Part shown: one piece after another, positions 30,527 to 39,586 of the stretch
Layout: each line of letters starts with the position of its first letter
Position numbering within the stretch: position 1 is the stretch's first letter
IMG/VR virus record: IMGVR_UViG_3300025018_000009
Coordinates: 1-60,226 of that record
Strand: one strand, 5' to 3'
Origin: a virus
Taxonomy: Duplodnaviria; Caudoviricetes
DNA: 60,226 nt
Position numbers and translations under genes: made by a program
Notes under the pieces: generated by a model
Databases searched by the model: none
Told to the model about the DNA's origin: nothing
What the model saw: only the letters and a program-made list of their open reading frames with translations

Positions 30527-31768
30527 ATGCACCAAAACGACTACGCACCAACGGAACAAGAACTCGCAGAAATCGAAGCGAGCGCCCCGCCAAAACTCGA
30601 ACTGACCAACGAACAGAAAACCGCCGTCGCCCGAATCCGTGCATGGTTCGGCGAGATAAGCGGCCCCGGCGAAATGAGCATGGGCGGGTTCGCGGGGTCA
30701 GGCAAAACGACCGTGATTTCTGAACTGCCGATGATGCTCGGATTTGAACCCGATGTACTCGCCCCGACAGGGAAAGCGACGCAGGTATTGAATCGCAAAG
30801 GGATCGCTGCCGAAACGGTGCATTCGTATTTGTACGATTTCCGAGGCAAGACGAAGTTCGAGGACAATCGTGGCGATCGTCGAACGGTGATGAACTTCGA
30901 CGCGAAAGAACAGCGTATGGGCGAATCTGATTTGGTCATCATCGATGAATCGTCGATGGTCAATCAACAAATGGCGAACGACATTCGCGATACCGTGATT
31001 CATTCCGGTCGCGCAAAGGTGTTGTGGGTCGGCGATCACGGTCAGTTGGAACCCGTCGGCAAAAACCCCGGCATCATGGATCGACCCGATATCGTACTCA
31101 ACACGATCATGCGCCAAGCGCAAGGGAACCCGATCATCGCATTCGCTCACGCGGTACGAACGCAGGGCGCACACCCATCGAACTATTTGAACCTCGCCGA
31201 CGGGGAGCGATTGAAGATCGGCGGCAAGACCCCGACCCCGCGTTTGTGTGAATACGCAGACGAAAACGGGATCGATCAAATCATCGTCCCGTTTCATCGC
31301 ATTCGACATTCGATCAACAAAGAAATGCGCCGTCGTCGTGGTTTCAGCAAGGTCACGCTCGCGAAGGGCGAAAAAGTTGTCGTGAAGTTGAACAACCGAA
31401 AGCAGCACCTTTGCAACGGGATGCAGTTCGAGATCATCACCGACCCAACACCCGATTTTGGTTTCAATCAACAAATGGGCAAAGAAATGAAGTTCCGCGC
31501 GTCGATCAAATCGCTCGACGACGGGCGTGTGTGGGAGGATATGAACCTGTTCCTACCTGACCCCGACGGGGACGCATACGACGAATGCTTCAAACAAGAT
31601 AATGTCGCGATCGATTACGCGTACGCGATTACATGCCATGTAGCGCAGGGCAGCGAGTGGGACAAAGTTCTCGTCGCGTACGCTCCTTGTCGTGCATGGA
31701 ACGATGAACGGTGGTTGTACACCGCCGCAACCCGAGCCGCCGAACACTTGACCGTTGTTCGTGCATAA
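30527..31768 (+). CDS. Dda/RecD-like superfamily 1 helicase
   Basis: GFAGSGKT, APTGKA, IIDESSM, VGDHGQL, YAITCHVAQGSEW, LYTAATRA. Confidence 0.92.
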   Translation: MHQNDYAPTEQELAEIEASAPPKLELTNEQKTAVARIRAWFGEISGPGEMSMGGFAGSGKTTVISELPMMLGFEPDVLAPTGKATQVLNRKGIAAETVHSYLYDFRGKTKFEDNRGDRRTVMNFDAKEQRMGESDLVIIDESSMVNQQMANDIRDTVIHSGRAKVLWVGDHGQLEPVGKNPGIMDRPDIVLNTIMRQAQGNPIIAFAHAVRTQGAHPSNYLNLADGERLKIGGKTPTPRLCEYADENGIDQIIVPFHRIRHSINKEMRRRRGFSKVTLAKGEKVVVKLNNRKQHLCNGMQFEIITDPTPDFGFNQQMGKEMKFRASIKSLDDGRVWEDMNLFLPDPDGDAYDECFKQDNVAIDYAYAITCHVAQGSEWDKVLVAYAPCRAWNDERWLYTAATRAAEHLTVVRA

Positions 31769-32104
31769 CCCGATTCACGAAAGGAATCAAACACAATGCC
31801 ACTTCCTCGCACATTCAAAATCGACAACGAAATCACGATTCAGCATCGCGTCGATCACACGCACGGTTGGACTGATGTAGCAACCGCCGACGATGTGAAG
31901 TCGGCCCGCGAGTGGATCGAGAACAACCCCGGCAACCCTGACGGCGAATATCGCATGATGAAGGTGTCGTGTTCGGTCAAGATCACTTCGACAATGAAGC
32001 GCGTCGCGATCGTTGACGGTGTTGAAGAAACTTCAGCGCCAACCGAACAATCATGCGAATCAACAGACGACGGATCGGAACCCGATTCGACCGATGATTG
32101 ATAC

Positions 32105-32702
32105 ATGGCTGCCCCACTGAAAACACCACACAACGCACCCCTGCGTGTGAAAATCACGCAGGAGTGGATTGACAAAGCGATCCTGTACGCTGCACGCTTT
32201 GCGCGTGTCAGCAAGCACGACGATCGAGTGTACGATATCGCAATGGAAGCGCTGATTCGATGTTCACAAACCTACAACGAAGATTGGGGGGATTTCATTC
32301 AAAACCCATTTGATTCGCAAAGTGAATCGATTGAGTATCGCCAGCATCGAGAAAAAGAACCGCGACGCGAACAATCGGCAACAGGTGTTGGTGCTTCGTC
32401 AAGCGAATCGAAACAGTCGCAAGATGAACGAGGCGATGATCGGTTGTGAATCACGCGACGAGTACGACATTTTGAAACGGGAAGTCGGTCACAAAGAAAA
32501 ACAAATCATCGAATTATCGATGCGAGGTTGGAAACGAAAAGCAATAGCGGAGGAACTCGGCATGAGCATCGAAGGCGTGAGGGTATACGAAAAACGAATC
32601 GTCAAACGACGGTACGATTGTCACAAAACACCCTGCGATGATCGATCGTTGATCGAGATGCACAAAACAAGAAACAAAACAGCCCGGAAAACATACGCAT
32701 GA
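32105..32702 (+). pseudogene. Sigma70/ECF-like factor split by a one-base frameshift in a G6 run
   Basis: Region-2-like N-part and region-4 HTH (KAIAEELGMSIEGVR) join if one G is removed at 32286-32291. Confidence 0.65.
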
Positions 32703-34606
32703 TTCAATCCGCGATCGATCAATTGGCCCCCGTTCGAGTTGTTCGGTCGTTGGCAGAGTTGCCCGACCCGAAATCAATCGGCCAACTATTCGCGGACGCT
32801 GAAACCATTTCAAACGACAAGAAACGAGGCGGCAACAAACCGTACCTCGGCGATCGTGCCGTCGGTTGGGGCTTGTGTTTCGACGATAATCCGATGGGGT
32901 TCTATGTCCCGTTGCGGCACAAGCCCGTTGCGAACAATCTGTTTGCGGGCGACAACATCAACATCGATATCGATCAGTTCCGGGGGTGGATGAACGCGGC
33001 GATGAAAGCGTGCGATCAGTGGGTGAATCACAATGTAAAGTTCGATGCGCATTTCTGCGAGGTTGACGGCATCGAATCCGCGAATCGAATGATCGACACG
33101 CTCACGCTCGCGAAGGTCGTCGATGGTCAGCGACGAGATCAGGAATACGGCCTGAAATCGATCACGAAACATTGGCTCGGCGAAAACACCGGCGCACGCG
33201 ACGCGGTTGACGACGAGTTGAAGCGAATGAAAACGAAGGATTTCGGGCAAGTCGATACGGGCATCCTCGGCCTGTACGCGGTTGACGATGTTCATCGCAA
33301 TCGCAGGTTGTGGGCAGAGATTCAGCGCCGGCGCTACGAGGGCGACGAAAAGATTTGGGAAATCGAAATCGGTTGCACGCGAGCGCTATTCAACATGGAA
33401 CGCCGACCGATGTATGTTGATCGGGAAATCCTCGGCGATTATCGCACACGCTATTCGATGGAAATCGATCAATGCGAAGATGAAATCATCAAGTTGGGAT
33501 ATTCAACGGATGTTCTCAAAGGCAAGGCGTTGAAAGATTTCGTGTTCAAACATTTGAAACTCCCGATCGTCGCGTACACCGATCGCGGGCAACCGTCAAT
33601 CAACGGCGACGCGATCGAAGTCTATTTGTGCCATGAAAAGGTGATTCACGACGCGAAGTTGGTGAAGTTTTTTCAAGTCCTCGCGGTGCATCGCGAGCGA
33701 AGCCAGTTCATTTCGTTGTACGCGAACGGGTGGGAAAAGTGGATGGACAGCGAAGGGCGTTTGCATCCGTTCTACAATCAGACCGTCGCGACGGGTCGAA
33801 TGAGTTGCAAGCAACCGAACTTCCAACAACTCGACAGCGACGCGAAAATGTGCATCAAACCGCCGCCGGGCAAAGCGTTCATGTCCCGCGATTATTCGCA
33901 GATCGAATATCGTGTCATCGCTTCAATGTGTCGCGACGAACGAATGATCGCGGCGTATCGCGACAACCCCGACACAGATTTTCACCAGTTCGTCGCCGAC
34001 CTTTGCGGCATCGAACGCAAGCCCGCGAAGTCGGTCAACTTCGGCATCGCGTTCTCGATGGGCCTCGGCGGGTTGATTCGTCAGTTGCGTGCGTCGCTCG
34101 GCAATGTCACCGAAGAACAAGCACAGGAAGTTCTCGACGGGTACAACGAACGATTCCCGCGAGTGCAGCGAGTATCAAAGGCGATCGTTCAAGTCGCACG
34201 CAATCGAGCGATGAACAAAGACGGCGAATGGGGGTTCATCAAAACCTTGTACGGTCGTCGTCGATACTTGCAGTTCCGCAAGTTCCGAAAGACAAAGAGC
34301 GAGCGCAAGAAATTTCCCGATCATACTCGGCTTGCGTTCAACTCGTCGGTGCAGGGCACCGCTGCCGACATTATGAAAGAGGCGTTGGTGAAAATGGATC
34401 AAAACGAGTTCCTTGCTGCGAACGATGTTCATTCCGCCGGTGTGATTCACGACGATTTCGTCGGTGTAGGAGACAACGAAGCGACGCAAGACCCACAAGT
34501 CATTGCAGAATATGAACGCGTCATGTGTACGCCGTCGGTCGATCTCGGGTTGCCGTTGATCGCAGCGGGCGGGCAATCGAACAAAAACTTGAAAGAGGCA
34601 GGATGA
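32699..34606 (+). CDS. polA: Family A DNA polymerase with 3'-5' exonuclease
   Basis: DAET, HNVKFD, YAVDD exonuclease motifs; TGRMS, DYSQIE, RKPAKSVNFG, IHDD polymerase motifs. Confidence 0.93.
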   Translation: MIQSAIDQLAPVRVVRSLAELPDPKSIGQLFADAETISNDKKRGGNKPYLGDRAVGWGLCFDDNPMGFYVPLRHKPVANNLFAGDNINIDIDQFRGWMNAAMKACDQWVNHNVKFDAHFCEVDGIESANRMIDTLTLAKVVDGQRRDQEYGLKSITKHWLGENTGARDAVDDELKRMKTKDFGQVDTGILGLYAVDDVHRNRRLWAEIQRRRYEGDEKIWEIEIGCTRALFNMERRPMYVDREILGDYRTRYSMEIDQCEDEIIKLGYSTDVLKGKALKDFVFKHLKLPIVAYTDRGQPSINGDAIEVYLCHEKVIHDAKLVKFFQVLAVHRERSQFISLYANGWEKWMDSEGRLHPFYNQTVATGRMSCKQPNFQQLDSDAKMCIKPPPGKAFMSRDYSQIEYRVIASMCRDERMIAAYRDNPDTDFHQFVADLCGIERKPAKSVNFGIAFSMGLGGLIRQLRASLGNVTEEQAQEVLDGYNERFPRVQRVSKAIVQVARNRAMNKDGEWGFIKTLYGRRRYLQFRKFRKTKSERKKFPDHTRLAFNSSVQGTAADIMKEALVKMDQNEFLAANDVHSAGVIHDDFVGVGDNEATQDPQVIAEYERVMCTPSVDLGLPLIAAGGQSNKNLKEAG

Positions 34607-34720
34607 AACACGATTGGACTCCCGAATCAAAGTGTCGTCGATGTGGCGAACACAAGTCGAAGCGCAACGGAAACGCAAAGTGTTCCCCGAAACGCAAACC
34701 CAAGAAAGGACAACGACAAC

Positions 34721-35767
34721 ATGACAACAACAATCATTGAACGCCGCGATGTTTTAGATTGTGCGTTCGTCGAACTGCTCAATCACGATTTCGATGACAA
34801 CGCAGTACGCGACGCGGCGAGGATATCGCATGATGCGTGCGCGAAGTCTGCGAAGCCGACGCTTATCAAATACCTCGCGAAGAATCATCATTTCACACCT
34901 TTCGGTCATGTTCGATATTTCGGCGACTTCCCGATCATCGACGATGACAAATGGATCGATTGGCTCGCATCAAAGAAACCCGGATGGAATGTTCGGCGCA
35001 TCGACAACGGCAGCGGACAGCGGGTGTATCGCATCGAGGGGAGTTTGTACAACTGGCTCGGTATGCCCTCAGACCTCCCTCCGTTGATCCGTAGGGAACG
35101 CGAAGGCGTTTATGCGTCACTGATCGCAAACGGGTGCGGGGACACGGTACGGTCGTTCCTCGACGACGCTACATACGCGCAGGTCGCATCGACGCAACCG
35201 CTGTATCCGATCGAACGAAGCGAGGACTACATCACCTTTCGGGTGTTTGCGCCGAAATTCGTCCTCGCTCAGATGATGCGGTCGAATCACGAAATCGTGT
35301 ACAACGAAATCAGTCGGCGCTATGTCAAATCGTACCCGAAGTTTCATTCGCCCGATGTGTGGCGAAGCGCCCCCGAAGGCAACATCAAACAAGGCAGCGG
35401 AAGCGACGAGATTCGCACATTTTCAACCGAAGCGATCAACGAATGGATCGAAGAACGCGGGGCGTTCCCGTTCGCGGTCGATATCAAAACGGCATACGCG
35501 GATTGGATTCAAACAGCGGGCGAACTGTATTCGTTGTTGATCGATTCAAATGTCGCCCCTGAGCAAGCGCGGATGGTGTGCCCGTTCTCGTTCTACTCCG
35601 AGGTGTGGATGACGCTTTCGCTCGACGCGTTGCGCCGAATCACTGGATTGCGATCGAATCGCGGCGACAAGAATCACGCACAAAAGGAAATCGAGGCGTT
35701 CAGTCGTGCGATGGAACAAATCATGTTCACTGAGTTCAAGGACGAAGGGATCGGCGATGCAGAATAA
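34721..35767 (+). CDS. thyX: Flavin-dependent thymidylate synthase (divergent)
   Basis: AARIS, HFTPF, NEISRRY, APEQARM, HAQKEI. Confidence 0.82.
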   Translation: MTTTIIERRDVLDCAFVELLNHDFDDNAVRDAARISHDACAKSAKPTLIKYLAKNHHFTPFGHVRYFGDFPIIDDDKWIDWLASKKPGWNVRRIDNGSGQRVYRIEGSLYNWLGMPSDLPPLIRREREGVYASLIANGCGDTVRSFLDDATYAQVASTQPLYPIERSEDYITFRVFAPKFVLAQMMRSNHEIVYNEISRRYVKSYPKFHSPDVWRSAPEGNIKQGSGSDEIRTFSTEAINEWIEERGAFPFAVDIKTAYADWIQTAGELYSLLIDSNVAPEQARMVCPFSFYSEVWMTLSLDALRRITGLRSNRGDKNHAQKEIEAFSRAMEQIMFTEFKDEGIGDAE

Positions 35768-36197
35768 AACTCAAAACATTGTTGGTTCAAGAAAACTCGT
35801 CGAGAGCGAAGTCGCTCGGATCATGCGAGAATACGGCATCACGACAGAGGAGGCCGAAATCGCTGCCGAACGACAGAAGGTGTACGGCGACCCGAAGATC
35901 AATCACGACGGTATCGCTCAGGCGTGGGCAGGTCTGTTGCAACCGTTCGCGTTGCATATCGCCGAAATGAAACCGATCCCGCCTCACCTCGTCGCTTTGA
36001 TGATGGCTGCGCTGAAAATGAATCGAATGCGCATGATATTTCACGACGACAACTTCGACGATTTGAATGTGTACATGGCGTTCGCGCGTGCATGGCAAAA
36101 AACAGACGCGAGCCAAACCGTAGTGATTGGCCCGCGTCCGTCGCCGACTGCTCGACTTGTGATTCGGTGGGAGGAACCCGATTCAATGACTCAATAG
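35757..36197 (+). CDS. DUF6378-like protein
   Basis: RQKVYGDP..IAQAW..VALMMAALKMNR..DNFDD..Y. Confidence 0.7.
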   Translation: MQNKTQNIVGSRKLVESEVARIMREYGITTEEAEIAAERQKVYGDPKINHDGIAQAWAGLLQPFALHIAEMKPIPPHLVALMMAALKMNRMRMIFHDDNFDDLNVYMAFARAWQKTDASQTVVIGPRPSPTARLVIRWEEPDSMTQ

Positions 36198-36386
36198 GTC
36201 GCGGGTATTTGATTCAGCATCGAGTGAACGAACATCATAACGAGCAAGCCGAGGGAAACCCCGATAGCGAACGCTTTCCAGTTTCGTGCGATGTACTTTT
36301 TCATTCCTTGTTCCTTTGTTTCGGCGCTCGCTCGATTCGATCACCTCGATCGCGTCGGCGATGTCGCCCAGTAGGTCGCTTGACAT
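36183..36386 (-). CDS. Small hypothetical protein
   Basis: AAGGA RBS on minus strand; downstream of entericidin-like gene. Confidence 0.4.
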   Translation of the reverse strand: MSSDLLGDIADAIEVIESSERRNKGTRNEKVHRTKLESVRYRGFPRLARYDVRSLDAESNTRDLLSH

Positions 36387-36428
36387 TGTGCAATCCTTTC
36401 ATCGTGGGTTTTATGTGCCGGGCCTGAA

Positions 36429-36587
36429 TCATTCTTGCGTCATTGCATCGCGTATACCTTCGGACGCATCCCCGAGGTCTTTGGCAAACCCAGATACGGT
36501 CGAACACCCCGACACGACGACAAGCAGCGCCCCGAGTGACAGGCCCACAGCGAGGGCGATTGCGTTGCGTTTGATTCGTTGATTCAT
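36429..36587 (-). CDS. Entericidin EcnA/B-like lipoprotein (52 aa)
   Basis: Manual translation MNQRIKRNAIALAVGLSLGALLVVVSGCSTVSGFAKDLGDASEGIRDAMTQE; lipobox VSGC; GAAAGGA RBS. Confidence 0.7.
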   Translation of the reverse strand: MNQRIKRNAIALAVGLSLGALLVVVSGCSTVSGFAKDLGDASEGIRDAMTQE

Positions 36588-36750
36588 TGATTGATCCTTT
36601 CGTTTCGAGTTCGCGACGGGACACCCCCGAGGCGTGCGAACTTGATCGACAGGTCAATATGACGGGTTGAGCGCCGAACAAAATTTCATTGAAAATCGTT
36701 CAGGATTTGCAGGAATCGACGAAAATGAAAAAGGTGTCGTTTTTCTTGAT

Positions 36751-36787
36751 TGACTTGATTGACAAGTCAAGTTGATCGATGTACTAT
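36751..36787 (+). promoter_or_regulatory. Promoter TTGACA-N17-TACTAT with perfect TGACTTG-N5-CAAGTCA palindrome
   Basis: Direct sequence match. Confidence 0.75.
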
Positions 36788-36823
36788 TCATCAACACAAC
36801 GATTCAATCACAAGGAGAATCAA

Positions 36824-37294
36824 ATGACAAACGCAACCGCATCATTCGACGATATGACGACCGTGACCATGAAGAACGGCAACAAAGCATTGGCCGAAGC
36901 AGCACAGGCGAAACAAGAAAAGCTCCCGCACACGACGAACCTCAAAGGTCGCGAGGTCATCGGCAAGCACTGGTCAGGCGATCCGATCTTCAAACCGCAG
37001 GTCGGCGATGCGTGTACGAAATACATCGGCAGCGATCGATACGCAGGCACGATCGTAGCGGTCAGCAAATCAGGCAAGCGCGTGACTTGGCGACAGGACG
37101 AAACGATCCCCGCAGAAGGACACGAAGGCCCGTTCGGCCGTCAACGCTACGACTACCTCCCGGTCGAGAACGGGTACACGATGGAATTCTCACTTCGCAA
37201 ATCGGGATCGTGGCGCGTCGTCGGTGAATCCGATCGCAACGGGTACGGCCTTCGCATGGGCGAGCGCGACACATATCGCGACCCTCATTTCTAA
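36824..37294 (+). CDS. Hypothetical (probably early) protein
   Basis: AAGGAG RBS directly after promoter. Confidence 0.6.
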   Translation: MTNATASFDDMTTVTMKNGNKALAEAAQAKQEKLPHTTNLKGREVIGKHWSGDPIFKPQVGDACTKYIGSDRYAGTIVAVSKSGKRVTWRQDETIPAEGHEGPFGRQRYDYLPVENGYTMEFSLRKSGSWRVVGESDRNGYGLRMGERDTYRDPHF

Positions 37295-38458
37295 TCCCCT
37301 CCACTACGAGTCCCCTTCGTCGAAAGGCGAGCGGGGATCATTTCACAAGTCAGTTCATCAAGGAGACAACAATGTCGAGACACAACAAATCAAACGAGCG
37401 GCCTTGCAATACGATCATCGTCAACGGGGATCGACCCGGATCGAAGAAGTTTTCACAGATCGAAGAAGGTCAAGCGATCATCAAAACGAACCCGTCGAAT
37501 CGCGAGAATCCGTGCGTGTATTTCAAGCACAGTTCAACGCACGCGATTCATCAGCAGGGCAACGGATCAATGCAGCGATTCGACCCCGATTCGTATGTGA
37601 TCCCTGTTCGGGTCGTCGAAACACATATCAAAGTCCCTCGCACATATTGAGATCAACCATGCACACGCACCCGGAACAAACACGCGACGAGATTTTCGTC
37701 GGGAACACCGACAGCCCCGCGATGCCTTCGCATTTGCGATGCTTGACGAAATCGCGATTGGGTCGGATCGCGTACACGCTCGACGGCAAACAGGCAGTTT
37801 TGGGTATGCGCCCGGTGTTGATTCACAAAGAAGATCACGCGAGGTACGATCGAATCATGTGCGGGCGATTCAGTGCAGCATGTCGCGGCACATAGGCGAT
37901 ACAATCGATTGGCGTTTCGTTTGTTCGCGGGGGCACCTCACCTCTCTTTCTGCCCCGAAAGCCGCGAGCAAAACGAAGAACGGGGAAACTCGTACCTGAT
38001 TCGGCGCTATGGAAACGCAGCGCCGAATCATTGAAAGGAACTCAGCATGTACCAAGTTCACAAAGTCCTCAATCCAGACGAAACGCATCAAGTAAAGGTC
38101 GGCGACAAGGTTGAATATCGCGCCGGGCCAGAACGACAAGCGGTGTACGATGACGCAGAAGTCATCGGCATCGAAGCGTTCGTCATCGCAGTCAACGATT
38201 TCATCGAAGTCGATGAAGTGTACGAATACACAAGCGATCAGGATATTTCATTGGTGATTTTCCATGTCAAAACACAACACGGCAATCAACACTGGGGCTA
38301 TTGGGATCAGGTGTGTGTGCCATGATCGAACACATTCTCGCGTTCCTCGATCGGCGTACGGTCGGCGAAACAATCATCATCGCCCTCGGCATCGGGCCGT
38401 GGGTCGCAATCGGGGCAAAACTGTTTGTCGCGATCATCAAAGTCATCTGAGGACAAAC

Positions 38459-39586
38459 ATGCAATTCGACAGCAAACAAGCGTTTGACGCACTCGCAGTA
38501 CCATCGTTGGAACAGGTTCACCCGGAGTTGATCGATTTCATCGATGACAAGTCGGAGCCGTTGGACACGCTCGAAAAGATTCTCGTTCAGTTGAGCGACG
38601 AAGAACTCGCGATTGCGTCAGCGGTCATCGGTTCGTTTGTGCGCTGGGGGTACGGCGACAACCCGTTGATCGAACTGCTTCGCGAAGATCGCGTCGTCGA
38701 TTCAAATACGGGAACAACGGAACCGCTCGGCGAAGCGATGGTCAAGCGCATCGACGCATACATATCGAAAGTGCTGCACCTCGACGCGAAACATCGCACG
38801 GAAGCGAAGTGGTATTTCGTTGTTTCGTCTGGCGCATTGAAGATTGTGTTCCCGCACCGACTCAGCATCAGCGGAATGAATTCGTACCCCGTTGCTTCGG
38901 CTACCGCGACCGACCTGAAAAAAGCACGCGAGATCGCCGCAAGTTCAATCATTCAAAACGGCGTTCCGACGAGTCCCGAACAGCACGAACATATGGCGAA
39001 GAAGATCGCAATCGCGTGCAGCCCGACGATCGTTGGTGGGTGGTTGAACCTCGGCCTGTACATGGTCAGCGGTTGGGAGTTGGCGCGTCGTGATTGCGTT
39101 CGCGAAACGGGTGACGAGAAAGCGATCCCCGAACACAAGCCCGTAGATGATGAATCGATCATCGATTGCTACGGGTTCATTTTTGACCTCGGCCCGTTCT
39201 ACATCGATCGAATCGCGGAAGTGAACTTCCAGTACATCGGGGCAGACCCCGAAGCGCAGAAATCCGATATGCACAAGTTCGTCGTGACAAAGCAGCACGA
39301 AGAAATCGCGTTGAAGTTGAAAACGAAGATCGAACCTCACCTCGCACCGTGCGGTGTGTGCGGCGGCGACTACAAAGATCATTCAAGCGATCGCGTGTTC
39401 GTCATCGGATTGCGCCGGGATGCGACCCCGAAGGAAGCCGAAAAACATCTCGGGCAGTTGCATCACCCAATGGCGAAAGACGGCATCGACGGGTTTGTAT
39501 TCATCGATTCGCCGCAGCATTATCGAATCAAAGAGCCGGAAGGGAGCGAGGATGAAAATACTTCGGCAAATCCCGACCCCGAGTGA
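38459..39586 (+). CDS. Hypothetical protein
   Basis: Long ORF with GAGG RBS. Confidence 0.6.
   Translation: MQFDSKQAFDALAVPSLEQVHPELIDFIDDKSEPLDTLEKILVQLSDEELAIASAVIGSFVRWGYGDNPLIELLREDRVVDSNTGTTEPLGEAMVKRIDAYISKVLHLDAKHRTEAKWYFVVSSGALKIVFPHRLSISGMNSYPVASATATDLKKAREIAASSIIQNGVPTSPEQHEHMAKKIAIACSPTIVGGWLNLGLYMVSGWELARRDCVRETGDEKAIPEHKPVDDESIIDCYGFIFDLGPFYIDRIAEVNFQYIGADPEAQKSDMHKFVVTKQHEEIALKLKTKIEPHLAPCGVCGGDYKDHSSDRVFVIGLRRDATPKEAEKHLGQLHHPMAKDGIDGFVFIDSPQHYRIKEPEGSEDENTSANPDPE

Noticed and set aside
36301-36681. 126-aa minus-strand ORF in the track
   Set aside because: The overlapping frame 36429-36587 has the RBS and a recognisable lipoprotein, so this ORF is likely spurious.
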